In this document: positions 21,225-30,274 of the stretch, one piece after another
Position numbering within the stretch: the stretch's first letter is position 1
Layout: each line of letters opens with the position of its first letter
Origin: an uncultured Nitrospiraceae bacterium
GTDB taxonomy: Bacteria; Nitrospirota; Thermodesulfovibrionia; Thermodesulfovibrionales; Dissulfurispiraceae
Length of the DNA: 64,000 nt
NCBI GenBank assembly: GCA_963727805.1
Contig: CAVSHF010000003.1
Location: 1,152,001-1,216,000 of the forward strand
Reading direction: 5' to 3'
Program-made: the position numbers and the translations under genes
The notes under the pieces: generated by a model
Told to the model about the DNA's origin: nothing
The model's database searches: none
What the model saw: the letters and a program-made list of their open reading frames with translations, nothing else

Positions 21225-21392
21225 AATTAATGTCTATTATATTGCACGGAGAAGAAAGTATTTTCAACTCCATTATATGTTATGATCGACAATTGACGGC
21301 GACAGACTCAGTCTAGATCAGGAGCGCCCCAATATCATGGGGGAAGATAATCGCTAGAAAGACCACCCCGTATCTTGTCACAGTGGCATTTA

Positions 21393-21713
21393 TTGAACTG
21401 CTCACCACGTAACTGCAGGAACGTATGTAGGAGTTCCGCGATTCACAGACACTAGCGCGCTGCAGGCATTTGCCCACAGCACGTCTTGTGGTAGTCTCCT
21501 GCCCTTTCGAAGTGACATGGCTCACTGTTTCATAGTCGTGGCAACAGCCGTATTTATATATAGCTCCATGCCGGGGAAAGTCAACAGCAACCAACCAACG
21601 ACACCTAACTTTTTGTAGGAAGGAGAATGAGACAGTAAGTTTCTATCAAAACCCACTGCTTGCCCCCTTCTGGCTTACGCCTAGCCGGGGGCATCCGCAA
21701 CTATTAGTTCAAA
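21393..21713 (-). ncRNA. Candidate structured non-coding RNA, copy 2 (about 320 nt, lacks an internal domain of about 220 nt)
   Basis: Roughly 85% identical by eye to copy 1 over two blocks; terminal UUGAACU/AGUUCAA helix; substitutions keep the pairing. Confidence 0.55.
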
Positions 21714-21927
21714 AAGGTCATGTGGAATTCAGTATGACACACCGACAAGCGTATTTGATAAATACGGGGATCATTGTTGCACATTAGGCTGCGCTTAGCA
21801 CTTGGCTCTGCATCACCGATATGCCCGCTGCTCGACTCGCTCAAGGTGCTGGACAATGCGGTTACTATATTCTTTTATGCAACGGTAAGTCTTTGGTGTT
21901 CACGTTATTCTGTATATACTTTAACAC

Positions 21928-22359
21928 ATGGTAAACAAGCATGAAATCGCGTACCTGAGGCTTGCCCACGGCTGTTTTAATCTCACGATAGTGCTTTTTT
22001 TCATCTTCCAGGCATGGCTCGGATTACAAATAAGAAAAAAGAGAAAAGCAAAGCAATCTCCTCCATTTTCGATGATAAGAATACACAGAAAAATTGGTCC
22101 TGTTCTGATTCCGGCAGCAGTGCTCGGCTTTCTTTCCGGATGGGCCCTTATTTATTCTGATGTTGGATATTTGTTCAAATATCCTCTTCATTCGATTACA
22201 GGATCAGTCATCGCGCTGCTCCTGCTAGTCACGTATCCGGTTTCCAGATCAATAAGGGCAGGTGAGTCACTGTGGCGAGAACGTCATTACTGGCTTGGGT
22301 TATTTATAATGTGTCTGTATGGTATCCAGGCATTCCTTGGAATAGGGATACTGTTTTAA
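21928..22359 (+). CDS. DUF4079-like four-TM membrane protein with conserved His
   Basis: Four hydrophobic helices, each with a His (AHG, IHR, LHS, RHY). Confidence 0.65.
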   Translation: MVNKHEIAYLRLAHGCFNLTIVLFFIFQAWLGLQIRKKRKAKQSPPFSMIRIHRKIGPVLIPAAVLGFLSGWALIYSDVGYLFKYPLHSITGSVIALLLLVTYPVSRSIRAGESLWRERHYWLGLFIMCLYGIQAFLGIGILF

Positions 22360-22395
22360 TAGATATCACGATATATTGCTGTAAAGGAGGATTCG

Positions 22396-22809
22396 ATGAG
22401 AAAATTTAGTTATTTGGTTTTAGCTGCCCTTCTCTTGACCGCTTTTGTGATAAGCGCTGCAGCAGAGGAAGAAAAGGCGGTAGTCGTTCCCATTGCTTCT
22501 GATGGAGTCCAGAGAGTGGAGATGCTCGGGGGAGACTATTTTTTTAAGCCAAAACATATCATCGTAAAAGTAAATGTGCCAGTCGAGATAATTATCCGAA
22601 AAGAATCCGGGCTCGTTCCCCACAATATTGTTTTGAATGCGCCCGAGGCTGGGATCAATATTTCAGAAGGTCTGGGCACTGATCCTAAAACCATACGGTT
22701 CACCCCGACCAAAACAGGAAAGTATGAGTTCTCTTGTGACAAAAAATTACTCTTTTTTAAGAGTCATAAAGACAAGGGCATGGAAGGAATGCTTGAGGTC
22801 GTTCAGTAA
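22396..22809 (+). CDS. Secreted cupredoxin-domain protein
   Basis: Signal peptide; PHN...GKYEFSC...H...GM copper ligands. Confidence 0.85.
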   Translation: MRKFSYLVLAALLLTAFVISAAAEEEKAVVVPIASDGVQRVEMLGGDYFFKPKHIIVKVNVPVEIIIRKESGLVPHNIVLNAPEAGINISEGLGTDPKTIRFTPTKTGKYEFSCDKKLLFFKSHKDKGMEGMLEVVQ

Positions 22810-23102
22810 AAGTTGAGATTTTGATTCTCTTGCTGGATACTGAATAAAGGAGGCATAGGCGGCCTTCGCCGTCCTTGCCTCCGACGATAACGTCATATCT
22901 GAATCACTTTATCTGTGGAATAGTGAGCGACAATGACTTATCCAACTTCATTTATATTGGCCCTGTTACCTGACTGCGCTGTTTGACAGCCGCTGAGGTC
23001 ATCCTATTGGCAGAGTATTTGTCGCATTAGTCATGAGAAGGGATAATCCTTACGATGCTCTGCTTAATGTTTATTTAGGGGTGTACGGCTAGCTTTTTCC
23101 TA

Positions 23103-23597
23103 TCAGAAGCAGCTCCCTTCACAGAGGATAGGCTGGATCCTTTTCACCTCATCACTGCATTGAGGATCAAAGGGGAAACGTCCTTGTTTGTCGGACCAGA
23201 TCATCTGCAGCACCCTGAATTTCTTTTCTCCGTAATAGGAGGCTGTTTCGCACAGGTATTGCTTTGCACCGTTGGTGGGGACTTCAAGAAACCTGACTTT
23301 TATGTCACCAATCCTGAAATGACCGTTTCGGTCTGTAAAAGAAGCGCCTCCCCTGATTAAATTGGTGGCCTCAGTAATTAAAAGGGTTGATAAATCGTAC
23401 TCCAACCCAAATACAATAAGCTCAGGATGTTGCCAACTCTCTTCGATTCCTGCTGAGTAGGCGAAGGAAGGCAATTCCGCAAATGAATATACTATGCCAA
23501 AACCGTTCATCCTTATATTATAGTTCAGGACCTTTCCGCTCCCGGGAAGCGATGCACTGCCCGAGCAGGAACCGCATTTGCCATGTGTGTCACACAT
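23103..23597 (-). CDS. DUF4262 domain protein
   Basis: FAYSAGI, HPELIVFGL, LQMIWSD..GRFP. Confidence 0.75.
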   Translation of the reverse strand: MCDTHGKCGSCSGSASLPGSGKVLNYNIRMNGFGIVYSFAELPSFAYSAGIEESWQHPELIVFGLEYDLSTLLITEATNLIRGGASFTDRNGHFRIGDIKVRFLEVPTNGAKQYLCETASYYGEKKFRVLQMIWSDKQGRFPFDPQCSDEVKRIQPILCEGSCF

Positions 23598-23871
23598 AAA
23601 AGACTCCTTTCTGCATAGACCGTTCACCTTTAGCTCTTTTCCATATGGAGGAGAGGTCTAAGGTCTAGGATTAGACTTCTACGCATGCATTCAAGCCACC
23701 CTTTGACTTTCTGACTGTTTTGTCAGCCTCTGCTGTTCTCACTATTTTCGATATCTTCGATATCGCATATCAGCCCTCCAGTTTTCCGGTCGAATATAAC
23801 CACAGTTATATCTATATTTTAATTGTTTGTTGTATTTATATTCCGTGTGGACTCACAATAAAACATGGCTG

Positions 23872-24594
23872 TTAGACTCTTCTGCAAATAAACCCTACTC
23901 TTGGCAGAAATGGATAATAGAGATAAGGAGCATGTCCAAACCGTTGAATGTTGTGAAAGCCTGCCTTTCTTAAATTCTGAAAAAGATCTTCTGACGAACG
24001 AAGATGTATGGTAGAGATTCCTACAGAAAGCAGCTTCATATTTATCCAATCAAGAACTTTAATATTAGAGTTGCCTGCTTCCCAGAAACAGAAATACCCC
24101 CCCGGATTTAAAACTCGTTTCACTTCTTCCAACATCGCAAAGAGTGAATCATCGGCTAAGTGCTTTATCAAATAGGTACTGAGAACTACGTTAAAAGTCT
24201 TGTCCATGTATGGCAATTCTGTTCCACGTCCCTGTCTTATCCTAATCTTACCTTCAAGTCCACTCTGCTTGATTTCCCTTTTAGCTAAACCAACCATAAC
24301 AGGGGACACATCGAGGCCTTCAAGAGTTACTTTAAATTCTATTTTCTTGTGAAGATAAACAAGCAAACTTCCGCAACCGCACCCAATATCCAAGATCTTA
24401 TCGTCAGGATTGATAGACAGGGTCTTTGGAAGCTTCCTCGCAGGAGTATTCAGAAAGAGAATTCTTCCAGGAGCGAGCCAGTACCTGAACCATTTACCCC
24501 AAAAGGAACTCTGCCCGACCCACTGATCATATTCTCGTGCAGTCTTGTCTTGCTCATTTGCACAAGTATACTGAGACGAGTCGTTACAGAGCAC
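23872..24594 (-). CDS. Class I SAM-dependent methyltransferase
   Basis: ILDIGCGCG, GLDVS, RVLNPGG. Confidence 0.88.
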   Translation of the reverse strand: MLCNDSSQYTCANEQDKTAREYDQWVGQSSFWGKWFRYWLAPGRILFLNTPARKLPKTLSINPDDKILDIGCGCGSLLVYLHKKIEFKVTLEGLDVSPVMVGLAKREIKQSGLEGKIRIRQGRGTELPYMDKTFNVVLSTYLIKHLADDSLFAMLEEVKRVLNPGGYFCFWEAGNSNIKVLDWINMKLLSVGISTIHLRSSEDLFQNLRKAGFHNIQRFGHAPYLYYPFLPRVGFICRRV

Positions 24595-25573
24595 CCTTCA
24601 CCTGCCCAGCATCTTTCTTGTCCAGCAAAGTCCGCTGCTTGGGAAGGCCAAGCAGATCCAGTCCCTGATCGATAGTCGTGATCGGCATGTCAGGATAGTT
24701 CCTGTGGATATAGCTGATCAGTTCGCTCAACTGAGTGAGTTCGTTGTATATTATAAATTCAATACGAGCAGTTGCCCCGCTCATTGTCCCTGTGACGGTA
24801 TCCCCGGATTGGGGCTGACCGGAAAACGGAACCATGTACATTGCGAATCCATAAATTGGGAACCAGTGCAAAGTGACATACCGTGCCACGGTACCCGAAG
24901 GACTCAGCCTGAGCGTTTCGCCTTTGGTGAAAGATCCCTGCTTATCCGTTATCTTTACCTTGGCATCTATCTCATGCTGATAGAAAATCAGCCACGACTT
25001 ATCCGCATAGGCTTGGTCGATGTAGTTCTTCATCAGGGGGATGTTGTGTTTCATGCTGAATGATTTCAAATAATAAGGATCAATTTCCCCCCTATTGAAT
25101 GAGTTCGTTCCGCCTCTGCCGGACCGGTAGTATTTGCCGGCAATCTTCCCAATCATTGCATTGCTCTTGTTAAACGGATACACAATGCTATTAATAGTCA
25201 GTCCCAGACCTTCGAGGACAGCTTTGGACTGAGCGAATTCGGCTTCTACTTTGTCCGGTGTCAGTGATCTCAGATTAGGATGGGACGCCGTATGGCTCAT
25301 GATCTCCCAACCCGCATCCCTGAGCTCGATAATCTGGGGAGCGGTGAGATGGTACTGTGTATTGATCCAGTCGGTAGTGATGGCAGAACAGGCAACTGCG
25401 CCCTGCTCCGCGAATATTTTTTTCCCCACCAGATAGTCCGTATCGTCTCCGTCGTCGAAAACAAAGGTAACTAGGGGAACAGACTTACCGCGATAGAAGT
25501 CAACCCGCGGAGGAGCAGCACTGCAGGCAGCCAAAATAATCAAAGTCACCGTAACTATGAAAAATCGTCTCAT
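24584..25573 (-). CDS. Polysaccharide deacetylase-family lipoprotein
   Basis: Lipobox LAAC; TFVFDDG, WEIMSHTASH, YPF. Confidence 0.8.
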   Translation of the reverse strand: MRRFFIVTVTLIILAACSAAPPRVDFYRGKSVPLVTFVFDDGDDTDYLVGKKIFAEQGAVACSAITTDWINTQYHLTAPQIIELRDAGWEIMSHTASHPNLRSLTPDKVEAEFAQSKAVLEGLGLTINSIVYPFNKSNAMIGKIAGKYYRSGRGGTNSFNRGEIDPYYLKSFSMKHNIPLMKNYIDQAYADKSWLIFYQHEIDAKVKITDKQGSFTKGETLRLSPSGTVARYVTLHWFPIYGFAMYMVPFSGQPQSGDTVTGTMSGATARIEFIIYNELTQLSELISYIHRNYPDMPITTIDQGLDLLGLPKQRTLLDKKDAGQVKGAL

Positions 25574-25801
25574 CACTCTCCCATCAGAAAGAAGCATATA
25601 TCATTTATTTTAATGCAATGACATTATGAAATGCAGCATTCATCCGTGCTTTTATGATCCAAACGCTCGAGCGTGCTTCGAGGAAGTTCGCATATTGGCC
25701 ACTTTAAAAAGAGTTCTTGTAGCTTTAAGGAACATATTCAACATATCTTTCAGAAAATACGCGAGGCAAATAGATCTAAGGGAGTTAGACAATTTTCCAC
25801 G

Positions 25802-27169
25802 TCAATTGAGTCTTGAAGATGTCCCCCCCTCTGAATGTGGAGCTCTTACCAAGGAATCCGACTCCTCTTTTAAGACAGCATCGATTATAAAGTCGCAAAC
25901 ATCTTCAACGAAATAGGCGCCATATTTTGACAATCTTATAGCCCCGTCTTGGTTTTCAATACATCCATACTCGCTGAGTTGTGACAATAGAGAAGAAAAC
26001 GCATCAAGCGGGTCCTGACTGAATCTACCGTGGAACTGCTTTCTATCGAGGCCTTGTTTGACCTGCAGGTTCAATAATAGAGACCGGTACATTTGCTCTT
26101 TTTCGGTCAGAGCAATGTACCTGCCAATAGGCAGCACACCTTTTTTAAGCATATTTATATAGGTTGATAGCTCTTCGTGCTTATCGTAGCAAATTGTTTT
26201 GGTATAAGACCGTGCCCGTGAACCAAATGCTATAATGGGCATTTCTTTTAACCAGTGATAACGGTATCCCCACTGTTTATCATCAGTGAATCGTCCGTTT
26301 TGCTCGTATCCGTTTATGCTCATCCATTCCTGCGTAATACAAACCATTTCGAACAGCGTGTCGTTGTTAACAACTAGGCCAGGATTATCTTTATAAAGTT
26401 TTACGATGAGAGGGTTCACGATTTCATGTCTGATGTACTCAATCGAATCAGGACGTATCGACTCCAATAATTCAAGGTCTTTCTTTACTCCTTCCACGGT
26501 CTGTCCGGGAAGTCCCGTCATCATATCAATGTTGATTCTGATACCAGTTTCCTGAGCATCCCTGACAATCTTTGCAATCTGTTCCGGGGTATTCTGCCGG
26601 TTGCACAAACGGAGTACCGCTTGATCGAAAGTTTGACAGCCGATACTTAATCTGTTGATCCCGATAGTCCCTAAACCACTTATCCTCTTTTTGTCGGAGA
26701 GTGTTTGGGGATGGGCCTCAGACGTTATACTGCAGTTATCAGACAAGACAATACATGAGGAGATTTTGTCCAAAATAAGCTTTATGTCCTCATTGGAGAA
26801 TGACGTGGGAGTTCCACCGCCAAGATAGATGCATTTGGCCTTTTTACCAATGAAAACTTCGCGATTAGTTACAAGCTCAATCTCTTTCAGCAAATTGGCT
26901 AAATAATCCTTTTGGGCTTCCTTGTCGACCTTATGCGGAAACGAATTACAAAACAGACATTCAGAAAAACAGAAAGGCAGATGAACATACACCAATATTT
27001 CTTCTTCTTTTAAACTCTCTTTTACCTTTTCAACAAACCCATCTACCTGTGATGGTGCGAGCATTTTGAATCTATGAGGAGTAAACAGATCCGGTTGGCT
27101 TTTTGTATAATCAGTTGAACCGTAAAAGAGTTTTTCTCGTATGATGTCGAGTGATTTGTTTGTTTTCAT
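25802..27169 (-). CDS. HemN-like (class C) radical SAM protein
   Basis: YVHLPFCFSECLFC, YLGGGTPT, NRLSIGCQ, DMMTGLPGQT. Confidence 0.85.
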   Translation of the reverse strand: MKTNKSLDIIREKLFYGSTDYTKSQPDLFTPHRFKMLAPSQVDGFVEKVKESLKEEEILVYVHLPFCFSECLFCNSFPHKVDKEAQKDYLANLLKEIELVTNREVFIGKKAKCIYLGGGTPTSFSNEDIKLILDKISSCIVLSDNCSITSEAHPQTLSDKKRISGLGTIGINRLSIGCQTFDQAVLRLCNRQNTPEQIAKIVRDAQETGIRINIDMMTGLPGQTVEGVKKDLELLESIRPDSIEYIRHEIVNPLIVKLYKDNPGLVVNNDTLFEMVCITQEWMSINGYEQNGRFTDDKQWGYRYHWLKEMPIIAFGSRARSYTKTICYDKHEELSTYINMLKKGVLPIGRYIALTEKEQMYRSLLLNLQVKQGLDRKQFHGRFSQDPLDAFSSLLSQLSEYGCIENQDGAIRLSKYGAYFVEDVCDFIIDAVLKEESDSLVRAPHSEGGTSSRLN

Positions 27170-27297
27170 AGGCAATATGTGCTTACGTTCAAACTGCATG
27201 TTTTATGTAGTAGTGAATGTAAGCGAAATCTTATCATGGTTAAGGACGCAAATACAAGATATTTCTGGTCTCTATATATTGACTTAGCTACCATCCG

Positions 27298-27912
27298 ATG
27301 ATAAAATCAGAAATGAAAAATCTCATTTTCATAACTGTTCTGTTATATTTATTCTATGTCCCTCAACAGTCTGCTGCCCAGGAAAATTTCACGCCGATCT
27401 TTAACACTGCAAAAAGTCATTTGACCTTTTCTCTCGGATATGGCGAATCATATCCTGGATTCGGAGAAACAAAGACAAGGGTTCAAGATGTTGATTTCAT
27501 ACTAAAATACGGTCATTTTCTGTCGGAAGAAATAGGTGACTCGTGGTATCGGGGCAGGCACGAGATACTTATTGAAGTCCCTTTCTACTATGTTGCTAGC
27601 CCGAAGTCTGCTATAATGACCGGGATCAATTTTCTTGCCTGCTGGGATTTCACCTCCTTGTCAAAAAAAGTCGTGCCTTATCTGTTCGCTGGAGGTGGTG
27701 CCGTTTATACAAATCTGAATTTGCCCAATGATCTCGGGTCGAAGTTTAACGGCAACTACCAGGCGGGTGTCGGCACTCATTATTTTCTTACCCGTAATAT
27801 AGCCATCGATTTTAACGCTCGCTATCATCACATATCCAATGCAGGTACTGCAAAGCCGAATGTGCCTTTAAACTCTTCAAAAGTATTGATAGGGCTCTCT
27901 CATTTCTGGTAA
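27298..27912 (+). CDS. PagL/acyloxyacyl hydrolase-like outer-membrane beta-barrel
   Basis: Signal peptide, RYHHISNAG catalytic motif, terminal aromatic residue. Confidence 0.8.
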   Translation: MIKSEMKNLIFITVLLYLFYVPQQSAAQENFTPIFNTAKSHLTFSLGYGESYPGFGETKTRVQDVDFILKYGHFLSEEIGDSWYRGRHEILIEVPFYYVASPKSAIMTGINFLACWDFTSLSKKVVPYLFAGGGAVYTNLNLPNDLGSKFNGNYQAGVGTHYFLTRNIAIDFNARYHHISNAGTAKPNVPLNSSKVLIGLSHFW

Positions 27913-28077
27913 TTCACTTAAGTAAGGTTTAATAATTTTATGTGACGAAGTTATACTATGAAGAGAGGTCCTCAACCGATAAAGATCAATTCGGGCATTA
28001 TTCTGGAATACTTATGGGTTGCTGGTTAGCGAACACAAAGTGGAAATAATGTCGTCAAGAAATGAAAGGAGAAAGTT

Positions 28078-28686
28078 ATGACAATGCATGTTAGGGGAAG
28101 TATGTTTGGTAGCAAAGCGTGGCATACGGCAGTCGTCCAGGTCATCTACATCGTTTTTGTAATGACAGTTTTATTCCCGGCGGCAGCTTTCTGTGGTTCG
28201 GACAGACTTATCGACAGCAATGAATACAAAGACAAAGACTTTCATAAGGGCATTATCAAGGAATACACCGACATGGTCAAAGGAGACAATGTTGATTGGG
28301 TGTGGGTCAACCCTTCGGAAAAACTCGCTCCATATAAGATAAAGGTCGGGACTATCACCAACATGTCGGATTCGCACAGCAAATCTCTGGTCGAGTCGGT
28401 CAAATCCATATTTGCGAGTTCCTTGGCGGATATTGCAGGAAACAAGGGAACGCTAACAGCTGAACTGTGCATAACGGAAGTGCAGAATTATGCTCCGGGC
28501 AAGGCATGGATTCCGTTTGCCGGAGGACACCAGATGCAGGCTGGCATGGGAGTCGAAATGATTATACGTGATCAAAATAACAAGATTGTGGCAAAGTTCA
28601 GGCATTTTGATCGCCGAGGCATGGACGTCAAAGATGCTGCAGAGGAAGTAGCTGATCACATGGTAAATTATATATCCAAACATTGA
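28078..28686 (+). CDS. Secreted hypothetical protein
   Basis: AGGAG RBS, signal peptide. Confidence 0.6.
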   Translation: MTMHVRGSMFGSKAWHTAVVQVIYIVFVMTVLFPAAAFCGSDRLIDSNEYKDKDFHKGIIKEYTDMVKGDNVDWVWVNPSEKLAPYKIKVGTITNMSDSHSKSLVESVKSIFASSLADIAGNKGTLTAELCITEVQNYAPGKAWIPFAGGHQMQAGMGVEMIIRDQNNKIVAKFRHFDRRGMDVKDAAEEVADHMVNYISKH

Positions 28687-28784
28687 TAGGAAAGCGACCC
28701 CGATCGGAAAATGATTTGAGGAGCATAAAGCGCTCTAAAGGCTTGATACGATAAAAGATACCGTTATCAATTCATTGGTTGCTC

Positions 28785-28818
28785 AAGAGGAGTCATCGAT
28801 ATTACTCCTCTTTTCTTG
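28785..28818 (+). terminator. Rho-independent terminator
   Basis: aagaggagt-catcgatatt-actcctctt followed by T-rich tail. Confidence 0.6.
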
Positions 28819-28848
28819 TCGTGTGGTTAGATTGATTACGTGAGCTCG

Positions 28849-30273
28849 TTATCGCCTGATCTTGCCGCTCGCTGTTTTTGGCAAATGGTCAACGCACTCA
28901 AAATCCTTGGGCACCTTGTACTGTGTCAGTCTTTGATAGCAGAATCTGCGCAGATCGTCAGGATCGAAGACCTCGCCTGCCCCTTCTGTCAAGACGATCT
29001 TCGCTATTGGTAGTTGTCCGTATTGCGGATGCGATACGCCGTACACCAGGGACTCCCTGATATGAGGGTACTGGTTAATAATTGACTCCACTTCATAAGC
29101 AAATATTTTCATGCCGGCAAAATTGATGATATCCTTATCGCGCCCAACGATGGTAAGGAAGCCGGAATCATCAATCCTCCCAAGGTCTCCTGTCTTAAAC
29201 CATCCGTCCCTCAGGATAGCCGCCCTGTTCTGCCAAGGCGAGTAATAAGCGTCCAGCATCCCCTTCCCTTTTATGTGGATCTCTCCGATCCCCTCATCAT
29301 CTTTGTTCATAATTGCAACCTCGTAGTCGGGAAGTGCTCTTCCGACAGAACCGCGTTTATCGGTGGAGAGCTTTATAAAAGGCAGGCCTACCTCTATAAT
29401 CCCGTATGCCTCAGTCAATTCGAGACCGAATCTCGCGGAGAACCCTTCAGCTATTGAGTCGGGGAGTTTCATGGCAGTGGAAATAGCCATGCGTACCTCT
29501 TTTAGTGATTCAGGAGAAAGCATTGCGGCATGAGTCAGCAGATTGTAATGGAAAGGCGAGGCATAGATAAATGTTCCCCGGTGTCTGATCACGCCTTCTA
29601 TCACGGCCTCCGGAAATGGTCGGCCACAGAGGACGATGGTTGCTGCCCGGCGCAGATAGAGAAGAATGGAGACAACAAAATGAAAACTCATTGAGAGTAC
29701 CCACAGGACGGTGTCACAATGCGTTATCCCAAGCCCCTTATCAGCTGCGTCGGTCCTCTCGACTATTGCTTCATGAGAGAGGACAACGCCTTTGCTTATA
29801 CCAGTGGTCCCCGAACTGAATCGTATAAACGCCGGATTGATCTCATAGTACTCACGGCAAGGCCCTTCAACGGCTTCTCTCCTTATGAGGAAAAACTCTT
29901 TTCTGAAGAACCCGTCAGACCGAAGACTTTGGGCATCTCCGGAATTGTAGGTTCCCTTTTCAAAGATCAGAAAATCCAGGGCGATCCTGTCGATTGTCGA
30001 CTCGATTTCAGCCAAAGGCTGTTCGGGGGAGATTGGGATGATTACTGCAGGCAATGAGAGTATCGCTAGACTGGTGCTTACATAGTCGATACTGTCTCCG
30101 CAGAGAAGTCCGATACGATGGTACGGCCTGACTCCTTCCTCTCTGAATGCCTCTGCAATCGACTCCGCCGAAGAAAGCAATTGCCCGTAGGAGAGCACGC
30201 CATCACCCTCGATAACAGCTTTTTTGTCCCGAAATTCCTCGGTTTCCCGCTTTATCGTCTCGTAAATATTCAC
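28849..30273 (-). CDS. AMP-dependent acyl ligase (class I adenylate-forming)
   Basis: FSSGTTGISKG, AYG, TGDLG, PKTASGK. Confidence 0.9.
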   Translation of the reverse strand: MNIYETIKRETEEFRDKKAVIEGDGVLSYGQLLSSAESIAEAFREEGVRPYHRIGLLCGDSIDYVSTSLAILSLPAVIIPISPEQPLAEIESTIDRIALDFLIFEKGTYNSGDAQSLRSDGFFRKEFFLIRREAVEGPCREYYEINPAFIRFSSGTTGISKGVVLSHEAIVERTDAADKGLGITHCDTVLWVLSMSFHFVVSILLYLRRAATIVLCGRPFPEAVIEGVIRHRGTFIYASPFHYNLLTHAAMLSPESLKEVRMAISTAMKLPDSIAEGFSARFGLELTEAYGIIEVGLPFIKLSTDKRGSVGRALPDYEVAIMNKDDEGIGEIHIKGKGMLDAYYSPWQNRAAILRDGWFKTGDLGRIDDSGFLTIVGRDKDIINFAGMKIFAYEVESIINQYPHIRESLVYGVSHPQYGQLPIAKIVLTEGAGEVFDPDDLRRFCYQRLTQYKVPKDFECVDHLPKTASGKIRR

Positions 30274-30274
30274 A

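Noticed and set aside
21660..21713. IS200/IS605-type end (subterminal hairpin plus TTCAA)
   Set aside because: No matching second end shared by both copies and no tnpA/tnpB in the window; not excluded, only unsupported
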